The position numbers and the translations under genes are program-made. The notes beneath the pieces were generated by a model. The model did not search any database, was not told the origin of the DNA, and saw nothing but the letters and a program-made list of their open reading frames with translations. From Laetmonice hystrix (lineage: Eukaryota), in contig OZ249436.1 in assembly GCA_965235115.1 (NCBI GenBank), forward strand, positions 59,148,001 through 59,212,000: 64,000 nt of DNA, written 5' to 3'. The first letter of the stretch is position 1; each line of letters opens with the position of its first letter. Below are positions 13,801 through 27,169 of the stretch, in pieces.

Positions 13801-15446
13801 TGGATTTCCCTCAACATCATGGGGGAAAAAGCTAGCATTACAGTCCTATGTAATGTAGAGGAGATTCGTGGCCAGCAATTTGGCTCGGCTCCCTACAGTT
13901 GGCATTTGATAATCGACAGCCAGGAATTTCTTATCGACTGACGGGGATGAATATTACTGCCACTGTTTCATTTTTCAAGTTAAAGACAGCGTCTCACGTC
14001 TATGGTATCAGAATACGTTTGACTTATCAATTCCATCTTGGAGACAATAACATCGTAATGCCTTCTGCTTTATCTCCTCAAAACGTTTTCAAATTAAACG
14101 TCTGTGCATCGTCTGCAAAAATCTACCGACTTGTCAAAGCTATATTTAGCTGCTGTACTGATAATAAAGTATGTAAGTAATGTATCAGGCTTCTGTTTGT
14201 GTGTTCGCCTGTATGTAGAGCTATGTGTAGTGTATAAATGGTCTGGTTTAATAATCCACTGCATTAGGGAATAACAATAGAACATTAGTCACGTTAAAAT
14301 CACAATATGCCACATGCCGTTAAAACTTAAATTATGTCGCGTCTGCTTTTAATAATATTCCTCAAGTAGGTATCCAATTGAGATATGATACATTAGAATA
14401 GTAATTGTACTATGGATAGCATCTGATTGTTTTTGCAAAGAAGAGAAGAGTGTCCAACCTTAGCAAAGTCGTGGGATGGACGACACTGTCAAGGAGACCG
14501 ATCTAAAATCGCTTGTGGTTGAAAACAGGTATGAAGAAAACCTCCGCACACACTGCACACACAGAATATTCCCAGAAAATGCCAAAGACAAAACAGAGAG
14601 GGATAACTGTTCCAGAATTATTCCTTCATTGTCAATCAGGACAGAGTTCGACAGAACCAAACCAACGAGTGCACTGAGCTGTTTGGCGATCTATCTACAA
14701 ATATTTTAGTTCAGGTACAATACGTGCCTCCGATGTTTCTTCCTTCTATTTTTTTTTTTTTTTTGCGGCAGCCTTTAATCAGTGCCAACAACGTCTACTC
14801 TTTGTCAAGGCATCACAGCCAACAGCCGGGCGTTGTCTGACCCATGGTCGTGTTTAAGCACAGTGAGTACATTTGCTCTCTTCCTGCCTTGACTGTTTAC
14901 CCATGGGCCCGGGTCGCAAGCTTTGCTCGCCGTATTTACCTGCATGGAGCGCCGTAAACCTGACTTAATGCATCCACGTGTGTCGTTCATTAGCAGCGTG
15001 TCATCACTGACGCCTTCCTTGGCCCGATCACTACGGGCATCTCATACCCCCTCGGGGCTATGTTTATAGGATCTGGGAAAGTGCGACAAAAATCTCCTCC
15101 TTAATTACAGCCTCAGAGATCTACCCATACACGGCACTACTGTCACTCTTATGTGTGGGTTGATATCTACACCAATGTACATTTGTCGCAATGTTTGGAC
15201 ATTTGGTCTTATAGTCTATCCAGGCTATAAGACAAAATGTTTTAGTGAATTTAGGCGTCTTCCAAATCGGCAGATTGCCTTTACCTCTACAGCCAGAGGG
15301 AAAATGTTACGTGATGTTCGGATGTTAATAAAGTTGTAGAAGGAAACGGCCTGGGCAGTCTTATTCGTGTAATCCCTTTGTTTTAGACTACAAAAAGAAA
15401 TGATCAGAAATGATCATTGTATACACTTTAGCCTTAGGGTTATTAT

Positions 15447-15755
15447 CAATGCTTCCCACGCTATCGGCTTTCCATTCCCTGACTTTTCCCGGACATTTCC
15501 CGGATCTTTATAATTTTTTCCAGGGCCATGATCAGGTATCCTTCCATTTTTTCTTAGCTTGGGATTCCGACGATGATTAAAGAGCGGTCCCCTGACAGTG
15601 AATCAGCCACCTAGAATTTGTGTCTGTTCGTCAATTTCCCGGATTTTCCCGGACTTGAGCACATATCTATAACATTCCTGGACTTTTTCCGGCCCGGGAG
15701 GTTCCAATATAAATTTCCGGACTTTTCCGGTTTCCCGGACCTGTGGGAAGCACGG
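15447..15755. mobile_element. Non-autonomous DNA transposon / MITE (hAT-like by terminal sequence, unconfirmed)
   Basis: Imperfect 13-bp TIRs CAATGCTTCCCAC (15447-15459) and GTGGGAAGCACGG (15743-15755), 11/13 matching. About 9 internal TTTCC(C)GG(A)-type motifs. No TSD visible. Confidence 0.7.
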
Positions 15756-18700
15756 CAAATGGCAAATGAGCTCTGTGGTGAACGCTGAGAAATTCGAACG
15801 AAACATAAAATACATAGAAAAAATAGCTGCCTTAATCTCCGAAGTAATGACGCATTAAGTTTCCTAAAATAAGCTAGCTACATTTCTGACCTCAAATCAT
15901 CAAAAACGTTTCAACAGTTTTTATCTTACACACTTCAAATTCATTCAAAATGCCTACCAGGGTCAAAATCTATGACTCTAAGTTTTTGAAATCAATTGCT
16001 GAAATGAATTTTCTAATTGGTGTCTGTTGTCCTGGAGCTAATGGTGCATTTACTTTTCATGGCAAGTGACATCAATATACGAAGAGGCATTAGAACGTTA
16101 TTACGCGTCTTCATTGTTTCTTGCAGCCATGCTGATTTCTTTCAAAGAACTTCCATACAATATCCCCAGCGGTAAATGCAGAGGCAGTTCCTTCATTTGC
16201 GGTTGCCTTCATTCCCAGAACCTACTGCATCCAATGCCAAGCATGTCAAAAGGTCCAGATGGTATCTTCCCTTGGAGGTCTACCCACATGACGCAACCCG
16301 TTTATGGAGACGTGCATGGCACTGATGAAATCAAAGATATTCCGACTGAAACGAACGGAAATACGCAACTGATGGCCTGTATTCTTTCCCTGGAGGTCAT
16401 CCAATGAGAGGCTGTAACTATCTCAAATGACGCCGCGATATCATCAGTGGATTTTTACCTCAGAATATAATGCCTTCAAATCAACCGAAATTAAATACGA
16501 CTTATGCATCTGAGACATTATAATGCTCACTGTAGAAAATGTTCTCATGAAACTTTAGAACCCCGTAGTCACGACAATCTGAGATGGCTCCGAGGCACCT
16601 GTCCAGGCTAGAGTAACTACAAAGGATGCATCTTGAACGACCTTTACACCAAGCAGTGTGAGTCTTAGATTCCTGTTTCAAAATGGAGGAAGACTAAAAA
16701 GGATTGTTCGGGAACTGAATTTATCGCGCTTATCTTTATACTCTGTTTCTCTTGACATGAAGAGAAATACTATAATATTGTATATATTGCACATGTGTCC
16801 CATTGCGCGGTGCACTATCATCATACCTGTATGATACGTGCAAGCACGAATTTGACACATTGAAACGATTTCCTACGTCAATGCGTGAAAAGGTTCAGTT
16901 TTCATCTAACTATCCTCCGAGAAGGCTACAGCAAGACAATATTGCCATTCATGTAGCGGGTCGTCGTGACGGGCCGAGGGGGGGGGGGGGGAAGTGCCCC
17001 GACCGACACAGGAACACGGAGGGAACGGATCTCCTATTAGCTAGGTCATACATCGGGCAAGTGCGCCTGGTGGATGGATATCCTCTTGGTGGTGTAGCAA
17101 TTCGTAGTTCTGATGTCGTTCAGTTGCCAATAATGTACTAGTATTATGTGTTCACCCCCTTTCAAGCTCTAAGTTGCCAGGTCCTCCTTTGTGTACGGAT
17201 GGCTGAAAGAGATACAGTATTGACCCCCCTATAACAAAAAAAGGAGAATGCGAAACACAAAGGATTTAGAGAAGTCTTTGTTCTTGTAATTTTAATATAA
17301 TTCTTTTGTGATAGGCCGGAAAGTGATAACCTCCTGTACTTGGTATTTACTCGTTCACACTTATCCTAAAACGTCTTCAGAGAAACGGTTTAGCTACAAA
17401 CTTGGCAAACCTTGGTCTGCGTCTAACAGATATGTACGCAAAGACTCTCTGGAGGCTGATCTGTTCATTTCTTTTTACATTTGTTATGTTCATCTATAGT
17501 CTATGACACCCTTCTTTGGTGTCTTCTGCCTCTTTTCTTTATATTTATGGTGGAGCAAAACGACAACTAATCCCAAATGTAATTAAGATAATCATATCAC
17601 AAAAATGTTTTTACCCATTCTCATTACGTCAATGTATGCCAGACTACCCATTGCACATCCATCAGTTCAGAGTCAATGCTCCCTGAGTCAACCTTATATA
17701 TCAAGTCAAACGCTCAACAACCCGTTCGGTAATTACTTTCTGAAATGAGAAGACTCCAAATCCTGTGGGACCAGTGTTGCTGCCAGTCCAGTGGGCCGCT
17801 TTCACAATGCTATCCGATTGGCTCCGAGATGTTCGTTATGATTTGACCAGTGATTCTCCCTTCATCAAGGATGCAGTCGCCTTTGTTCACGTTCATCCAT
17901 CATCACGTTATAATTACATAAATCCTTCCATCCTGCTTCATCTTCCTGTCAGCGTTTATTCATGTGTTTACTCATTATTGAAGCCATTTGTCTCCGCAGC
18001 AGTGGTAGGGCGACAGCAGCACACGTGGACGATGTGTGTATTCCTACACGCTGGCACCAGGAACGACTTGGAACTGTCTCGTTGGCGGGCAGAAAAGACA
18101 ATGCCAAGATACGGACAGGTCATCAAATGCTCATTATGGGGACACATTCAGGCTGGCCCGCACAGCTCGGCTAGTTGGGCTCACCGATCACGGCCCAGAA
18201 TATTGCACTGGAATGGTCTACCTTAGATAATCAACATGCTTGGAGTGTGAGACATCTAGAAAATACAGGAGAGCTTCATTCCACTTTGAATCTTCTCATT
18301 TGGCCGCTACCGCCTCATCTATTGTATTTTTAACGCTATCAATTTTCACCTGGTGATATTGATTGTCCGAGTTTATTTCCATTCAGTGTCAGATTTCCAT
18401 TTCAATCTCATAAAGTAAAACACCACATGATACTTGATGCAGTGATTCCAATTTTTTAAGTCAAAACCATATTTCTTTTACGATTGCATAAATCGACAGC
18501 TTTTCACCAACAGGTATCACCATCAATAATTTTCATGAAGAACTCCATGAAGAACAGTGACAGTGGCTCCATGTTCTAGGGTATAAAAATGATATTAAAT
18601 CATATTCGAGCGTACCTATCGTAAATATACCATTTTACGCCCTTGAATTCTTCATTGCGTGGTGAATTTAAAACTCCCGCAGCTTATATTTTTATAATGA

Positions 18701-19485
18701 AATGTGCCCTCTGCTCAGCTGTAACAATTGTTAGCAAGGACGGAATCTTATATTGCTAGAGTAACTGCAATATTATCACATAGACCGCCTGGTAATTTTC
18801 CCTGGGCATCCAGATCAGCATACTATACAATTTCTAAACAGCGGGTGAATATGTGCAGGAGACAGGAAGCAGACGCATGAGATGTTAAGATGCGACCAAT
18901 CCTGACAGTGGAAACAAATACCCTTCATATCCCTCCTTATCTTATTCCCAGAGTCTGACTGTCTGTTTCACCCTCTATCCATTCAGTTAATAATGAATCC
19001 GTGCTATGACTATCACTCCAATGACATCTTCATAAAGAACCCACCCACTTGGGACTCGTGAGACGACGCTGATCTTGTCGGACTCTGTCCGGTAAAGAAT
19101 TGGATGACAAACCGGTTTTTGATAACGATGTTTGCGGGTTGAAGTGACGCCGGCAGCACGGTGATGATTTACGCCAGAACATCGTGGAGCACCTGATGAG
19201 CGAGGTGGTAGCAGCCAATTACCGCACAAACTGACGCTCCTTTACAACATTCACTCCGAAACCAACGCTTCTATCATTTACCATCAAACTGCCATTTCTT
19301 TCTTTATTTTTTAGATTAATTTATTTATCTAGTTGAATATTTATTTCCTCCCTTTTATCCTATTCAGATATTTGGGAGATTTAGTATCATTTACGTCAGT
19401 CTATGCAATATATAGTTTTAACCATATGAATTACAAATGTAGTTTTAAGGCTTCCGCATGTATTTTTGTATGAGCTATACCTACA

Positions 19486-19601
19486 CAATGGGGGATCCAG
19501 GGGACCTAGGGGGCCGCCCCCCTTAGACTTTCTTTTTTGGGGGGATGAAGATGCATTAGTACAGTGGGCCGCCCCTTACCAAAGGCCTGGATCCCCCACT
19601 G
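19486..19601. mobile_element. 116-bp MITE with GGATCC-core TIRs
   Basis: TIRs CAATGGGGGATCCAGG (19486-19501) and CCTGGATCCCCCACTG (19586-19601), 15/16 matching, flanked by CTACA on both sides. Confidence 0.85.
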
Positions 19602-22260
19602 CTACATTTTACAGACCTGAATTAACAGACATTTTACTATAACCGCTAGACGTTCAGAATCTGACGACAGTGCAAACCTAGCCCAGTAGATAGCACAGCT
19701 TGTTTTGCTGACACCATTCTGTCGTACGCTACACGACCGCAGGACCCAGGTGGCTGTCTGCCGATTTAGAGAGAAACTCTGCAAGCAGTACACCATTCAC
19801 AGGAATCTTACAGATAAATTCCTACAAATGGTCCAAGATCCTAATACCTTAAAGAGCCAGCTCAAACGGCTATAATTATTTCTTTCCCTTGGTCGTTAAT
19901 TTTATGATAACTGAAAACCATTACCTTTATTTCTGCTTTCATGTGTGGAAACCAGTTATCTATGCTGCTTTATTGGTTTAATGTAACCAGATTCCACTAT
20001 CAGCACGCAAAATGGCTTGAGGGACTCTTGATAATACCGGCGTCTTTGGCCAATCGTTTTTTTTTCCTTAAGTGGTTAATTAAAGGTTTTTGTAAACTGC
20101 TGAAAATCACAAAGTCTCTCAATTACATTATCATTAAACATGATCGTTTTCCAGAAGTAAGGTCGGTGTCAATACTTCAATGGCAAGATATTCGTATATT
20201 GCCAAGAAACTTTAATTTCCTAAGCGATCAAAAAACCTAAGTGCCTAAGATACTGATCAAACGCTTGAAAATCGTCTCTCAATATATATCCCATTCACTG
20301 TGAATCTTGATGCGACACTCGTGCATCCTGTGACGGTCAGCTGGTGCCGATGAGTCCGTGAAGTCGGCTATCTATCTAACAGTGGTATTTACTTTCTATA
20401 TACTAGGAACGGCTAAACGTGTTGTGAAGGTATTGTAAATAATATAATTCAAACATTTGTTTGACCGTCCCGAAGCATTATGGCGGAAATTTAGATTAGA
20501 AAATAGGATGGAAACACGCACGCATGCACTCGTGTTTTGACATACCTTCTGAGAAAGTTTTAAAATTGTTCCTTAATAAATTTTACGTACTTCACAAAAA
20601 CATGACACTAGACACGAGGCTGTCTCTGACACAGCTGGACCTTGCTTGTCGCTACATAACAATATCACATATAGTTCAGACATCTTAACCTCCATGCATC
20701 CAGAAAAAAACCATTTTGATACAGAAATATCTACATCCCCTCAAGTTAGGTAGAAACGTTTGCAGGTGCAGCGAATCATGGCGCTATGGGAAGAATAGAC
20801 GTAATGCGGTCTGTTGTACGCGAAATAAGGAACCCAACTCGAGACGGTGTTTTTGTCCCAGGTTGTAATATGGACGACACAGTAAAGTGATCTGGGCGAT
20901 GAACGTCAGCATGACAACATCACGTAGAACCAACACGCCTCGCCCCCCAACGGTCGGCCCCTTGCCTTCACCCATCCCCGTCAACGTTTTCATTGACACC
21001 CTGCTCGTTCACATGAGGAATTAGCCGCACGTGCTATGTGGCACTTCATCTTACATATGTGTCTCAGTCGGGGCCATTGATAGCGCTGCGTGGCGACCAG
21101 CTCGCAGCATCCTGTTGCCGGTCATGCCACAATGGTCCTGATCCATCAGAGAGCCTGACTGCTGCTCGCTGATGCCACCTCGCTACTCGTGTCTGACCAC
21201 AATGACGGAGGTGACAAAGCCCGCCAGGAAACACACTGCCGTATATATGCTCTCTAACAACATGCAACCTGCGTTTTAAATTGAACTAAAGGATGTAAAG
21301 TAATGCTCCAGGCAATTGAGGGAATTGGTTTCGCTGTCATGACGGATTTCACTGCAGCCGCATATATTGAAGTAGAAAGGGGAAACGCCCAAAGGTAGAA
21401 TTTCACTACTACATGATGCATCTCGGCAGTATTCAGACCGTCCTTGCCTTTCTATACCTTCTCCTGCCCCTAACTGTCAGTTAGAGCGGAGACAGCCTGG
21501 AAATTACATAAGAAACATGAATCTATTCGTGGTATGGTGTGTTTTCCTTCCATTATTTACCGCCAGTTTTGTATTCCAAATTTCCTTTTGTGCTCATCAC
21601 TATCTAAGCACGATTCCATGATACACAACATTAACAAATAGCATACATTTGAACTAAATGAAAATCACGATGCAAATATCTTTGGAACTTTAACAGAGGA
21701 AAGGTTTTTTTTCCATATTTCCCATGGATCATTTTGTGTATTTCGCCAATTGGAATGAATATGCAACTCCACAGTACATGTGCCTTCGCCTTACTCACTG
21801 GAGAGAATTGTGTTCCTTAACAATAACATGAAGGTGAATTATGCAACACTACAATCAAGGCTCCCTTATCCCAAAGGAGTTGCTATTTTTCACACGTATA
21901 TTTATTCATAGGACAAGCTGATTTGGCACATCATGTAAATTAATGCATTGCATTTCAGTTCTACTGTCAAGCATTTACTATGACCTTTTATGGTGCAAGA
22001 CATCTAATATTCCTGTCATGTCAACCGATGTCAAGGCCGCAAGGGGCACGTCAACCGCATTAAGTGTTCATTATTATCGTACACTGTACGTTTCTCAAGT
22101 GGAAAATAATTTAGCCTCAACTACCCTATATCTTAATTGTTTTAAAAAGAGTTTCTTACGGAGCAGTAACCAATCCAGAAGCTGAGAATAAGACATGACT
22201 GCACACAGACTAGATCTGAGTAAGATCGATATGGATCCCGATCTGGGCGGCATTGGCAGG

Positions 22261-22289
22261 AAGATGGCGACTACAGTCTGGAGGTAAGC
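22261..22289 (+). promoter_or_regulatory. Candidate YY1-type motif / start codon with adjacent splice donor
   Basis: AAGATGGCG (22261-22269) contains an ATG in good context, followed by GCG ACT ACA GTC TGG AG|GTAAGC (donor at 22284). It sits just before a GC/CpG-richer island (about 22330-22760). No downstream exon identified. Confidence 0.25.
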
Positions 22290-25200
22290 AAGGCGTGATC
22301 AAATATGATAAGGAACAGGCAGGTACTTGGGCAGCGGATTGATCATTCCAGACGGTGCACCTGATTGACTACCCATGGCCATTTTAATCAGATTGGAGTG
22401 GACGATTTGGGTGATCATTTTGGAGGCGGGCCGACCCATGGGAGGCCTGCGCTTTCAGCAGGAGATGGCCGTGTGGTGTACGCTTTCCTGGCGAGCTCCG
22501 AGCACGGTCCCGGCTGTGCCGACCGGCCACTTGGCCCGCATTCTGAGGGGCATCCTTCAAAGGCTCCAAGTACCACTCGAAGCGTCCACAAGACAGTCGC
22601 CGCCGAGCACCGCTCCACTTGGGCATGGACGTCCTCATCTGCTGACCACAATCCCCAATTTTCACGCACCCCCCTCTGAGGATTCTCATGCGTCCTATGG
22701 TAATTAATTCCGCCTTCTACACCTGGCATGAACATCGACGACTTGACTCGGAGAACTCAACAATCTCATCCACCCACGAATTGAGCGGAGTATAACAGAG
22801 CAGTGACGTTAGCAGTGCTCGGACTCAATTATCTGTGCCAGCCGTAAGATTCCAGTTAAAGTCCTTTCATAGTAAATACCGTCTTCCATGTCGTATCACA
22901 TCCGTTCAACGATCTCAACATTTAGCATGATGAACGAAGCTTCTTGGGGAACAAGGCGTGCCATCAGCAGGAAGCATCAGGTGTTTGCTTGATTAAGAAA
23001 CATGACAAGAATGAGCTATACTGTCGATTTATTCCGTACCAACCAGTCAGCTGTATTGCTCTTAATCTCGTTTTAAAGATTGTAAATAAGTAATACCGAG
23101 GTATGAGCACTTGATAGCTCTGTGGCCACAGGTGCAGGTTACCAGACATTGATAGAATTATGTTTCAAAGCGTTAGCAATATTGGCCATTTTCAAATTCA
23201 ATCAAAATGTCTCCAGCTATGAAATTCTATATTACAGTAATCCTACTTGTTTCACACGATGATGGCCCTTTAATTCCGATGTCTCAAGTCAATATCCCCT
23301 TTGACAATACCCCTCCATGACAATACCCCAACAGTACCAAGATTGACACAGAAATGTCAAATGATAGAAGAGGCCCGTACATCGCCTACAAGTTACAGCT
23401 TGATCATTGGTATCATCAAGGACAGTTTTTCATCATGTTCAACCATTTCCCTTGGTTCCCTTCCTTGATCAGTAAAACATTCTCGACGGCCTACGAATAA
23501 CTGTGCAAGTCTTTGTTGCCTTTTTCAATGAGCACACCCACAAAGTTTATTTTGGTCAGCAGTGTCCGTAAACTGCATGTTTGGCACGGCCGTAAAATGC
23601 TGAGGCATCAATTTGCGGTAAGTTTGTTTCTAAATGCTTTATTCGTTCCTGGATGATTTGATGAAGGGAGTGAAGAGATAAAAACTTGGCACGCCGCCCT
23701 ATCCTTTTACTGGCACTGCTTTTTTAACTGGTGTTACACAGGCTCCCAGCCGTACACGGGCAAAGATGGCAGGTCTTTGTCATTACCTTATATACTATGC
23801 CTTTGTGGTGAGATTTATTACCCCTTTACCTGGTAATAATTCGTTACCTGGCTGAGAGCAGGAGTAAGGGTAATACTTTATTCTTTATACCCTTTTTACC
23901 AATGTGACTAATTTGACAGAATCGGCATGCATCCAAGGCATGTGGCGCAGTTATGAATGCATCCTACAACTAATACGGATTGTCTTGCCTCATTATATAT
24001 GATGTAGAACGAACATAATTTCTTATACCTCGCAGAAATAATAGGTTCTTATAACGGAACCGTTTTTGTTTTTAACGGGAGCTGTAGCTCATTATTTCAT
24101 AGTGTTAAGAGAGGTAAGACCCCTATATTTAAAACATCATGCTGTATTGTCTTTGTGGAAAGAATTCATTACGAACAACCATACAGTATATGCGTAGTAA
24201 AAACATGACATTCTATCGATGACTGTAGGTGAGGAATGTTCAGAGGCTGTAAACCTAAGACAATATGAGCTGGATGCTCTTTCAGCCCAACAGTAAGTTT
24301 GGCAAAGCAGTGTCGACCAACAAATGGACCAGTTTATTGTCTTGTTTTGTGCCCAATCTGTTCATTGGTCTAGAACGTCCTCCTCGCCCCCAAAGGTGGT
24401 TAATAATAGATGAGAAACTCAACATCGGCTTTGCTGAAGCTGCCGTCTAATCATTCTAATTCTACCACTAAGCTAAAAGCACCGTGGCAATCGGTTGCCC
24501 TCAGAGGGGCAGGTAGCTAGTGGAAGGGTGTTCACCTCTCCCCAGGTGTGGGCTGAGTGTGAGAAATGACTCCGATAGTTATGGAACAATGCAGCCCGCC
24601 TTCACCTTCTATTCAACCTGCCATCCATAACTGGAGGCCTCCCGGCCGCGGCCTGCTGTAGTATCGGGGAGTCATGTGGCGCGTACTGAGGGAGAACCCA
24701 CTCCACGGGTTGGCTGCCTCCTCCCCTTCCTCCTCCACACAGTCATCGTCCTACCTCTCCCGACACCACGCTCCACGTCATTCTGTCGATGATTCTGTCC
24801 CTTGTTAACTTCATCCCAGGTACTAACACAAACGTAATCTGCTAATTTGATTACAACCTTATCCTTTTTACCGACTCCAGCCATGTGCCAACATCAAACG
24901 TCACGACGTGGCTATGAAGCAGCTGTTTTCATTTCTTTCTTGCCAAAAAAATCTAAAGCAAATTGATGTGGATCAAAGTATAGGCTACCTAGTCAGTTAG
25001 TACCCATTCCGCTGTGGTTGTGGATTAATTTGGTCTTTGTCACGAAGTAATGAAAAGCCTCAAAAGTCAGGCTTTAACATATTTTAGAAATTCCCGGTGT
25101 TTTTAAACGTATACAGTGACACTAAATTTATTTCAAAACAGGAGTGTCGTGTGCAAGTTACGTGATAATGTTCGTACCGATGTATACATACAAGTTGTCA

Positions 25201-27006
25201 ATGTATCAGATGTTTTCATTAGATGTAGTATATTTCTGTGTAAACGCCACACCTGATATGCTGTGAAATTAACTTCATCTGAATTCATAATAAACCTTTT
25301 GTTGGATTTTTGAAAGTTTTTCATTCATAATCTTTGAACATGCTTGAATGAACAGATAGTGTAGGGAGAAATGTGATAAGTGAAGGCGCTTTTCACTGTG
25401 AACAATTTGATGAGGAAGGTAGGCTTTGTCCTCTAGTTTAAAGGATGATATTTAATGACTCTCAGATCTCTGGATGTATCCCAATGGGTTTGAACAACGC
25501 TGTCAAGTAGCGCGAATCAAAAAGTCACTGTGAAGTGATTCAGCAGCACTTTCCCAGACTCCATTAGCACTCCTGACACCTTCATTAATTCCATATTCAT
25601 TTCTAATTAATTCTACATCCGGCATTTATTTTCACCACTTGTGGGAACGTTATCATGTGCCAGAAGTTTATTTAGGACTCTGAGAATAAACTTGTTCAGC
25701 CTCTTCTTTTGTTTCAATGAATTCAACGTCAGATGAATTGCTGCGAGATTGAACATGTGTCTGATATTCATAGTTAAATCCAGAATGTAAAGGCCGCAGA
25801 AAGCACTAACCAGCCGGCTTTATGATAGTCATTATCAATTTTATTGTTAACAAAACTTCAGAAATTACATCAGATTATGGACAGGCCTGTCAGCAACATG
25901 TGCCAAACGTATCTGTTCCAAACATGGAAGGATACTTTTGTTCGAAACCCAATAGACACGAATGGAATCGAGCAACAACGGATGACATTATTTCAATTTC
26001 TTTGGTAAAAAGACGAAAATAGCAATCTTTGAGTGAAGAACAGTGCAAATGGAAGGCTCTTACATTTTCAAGGTTTTATATCGTTTCTTTGCAGCTAAAT
26101 GAAAGTAGGCCTAGGCTATGTCTAAAAACTTTAGGACCAAATGCCTCTTTTTTCTAAGCTGCAAATATCTGGGAAATATCTCTCTGAATAGTTTAAGAGA
26201 CGGCAATCAAGGTTTCGACCCCTAAGAAACGCTAACCTCTCTGGATTCTCTAGAAATACTATTAACAAGGGACAACTCAAGGGACAACTAAATAAATGAG
26301 GATCAGGCGGGATAACATGAATTGTATTTTTTTACTCCACACTCTGGACAGATTCGGGATACAAAACGTTATAGGCCTAGGCCTATTCATAAAATTATAC
26401 CAAAATCTCACAATGTCATTTGTATGGAAAGGTCTCTCTTGATTGACTAAAATAAAGTTGCAACTTGCATGGAGAAATGTTATAACTGATCTGAGACAAC
26501 GCAGATCTTGCTGGGAAGGTGGATTGACTGGCGATTTGGTTGGCAAGATCAAGAGGAAAAACCACCCTAGGTCTATGATCTATATACTTGAAGCAACAAA
26601 CGTCATCGTCGTTTGTCATTTGTGACGTCGTCGTTTGTTATCAGTGACGTAACTTAAACTTTGTAGAGAGGAAACTGTCCATCGAGCTGCTCCGCTAGAC
26701 CGACTAAAACATGTATTTCAAGACGTACGAAAGTTTGCTAAGCTTGAGAACTTTTGAATTGTGCATAAAAAACGTTGAGAACGAGTTGAGTCAGTTTAAT
26801 TCAGTATTCTTGAGAATTATCGAGGTGCTGGCCCAGTTTTCGGCGAAGACGGTCTAAATTAGGCCACGCCCCCTCAATAAAATACTCACCACTGATTGGT
26901 CATAAAACTCGGTCAAGGTGTATCTGGGTCAGTGAAGGCGACTGATACGGGATTTCGAATATCCGTATCACACGCCTCCGTAACCAATCAGTGTGCTTCG
27001 TTTAGA

Positions 27007-27039
27007 ACTGTGCTGATACGGATTCCGTATCAGCACAGT
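27007..27039. repeat. Perfect 33-bp palindrome (16-1-16)
   Basis: ACTGTGCTGATACGGA-T-TCCGTATCAGCACAGT. A related imperfect palindrome TGATACGG...CCGTATCA lies at 26943-26970. Confidence 0.95.
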
Positions 27040-27086
27040 AGCTTCAGCCAATCAGATCGCTCCGTTCAGCCCAAAGGGGTAATAAG

Positions 27087-27169
27087 AAATAGTTACCACC
27101 CCCGGTAACTCAGTAGTCCTGGCAGTGCATATTTTATAATAAATAGTTACTACTCCCGGTAACTCAGTA
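27087..27169. repeat. Two 29-bp direct repeats, each with an internal 6-8-6 hairpin
   Basis: AAATAGTTACCACCCCCGGTAACTCAGTA (27087-27115) and AAATAGTTACTACTCCCGGTAACTCAGTA (27141-27169), 27/29 identical. Each contains AGTTAC-N8-GTAACT. Confidence 0.85.

Noticed and set aside
14460-14660. GPCR TM1-like segment (SLAFSGNILCV)
   Set aside because: A single hydrophobic stretch, antisense to an A-rich strand; no further helices or conserved GPCR motifs.
17765-18230. 153-aa ORF and RT-like AHVDD (18019-18033) in an overlapping frame
   Set aside because: The catalytic motif lacks the usual Y/F, no upstream RT motifs are present, and the long ORF has no recognisable domain.
19160-19201. Harbinger transposase-like C-terminal phrase GDDLRQNIVEHL
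   Set aside because: No upstream catalytic or LHN motif in any frame; too short to call.
23456-23473. Integrase-like TDQGRE on the minus strand
   Set aside because: Isolated hexapeptide without the following HPQ-x-NG motif.
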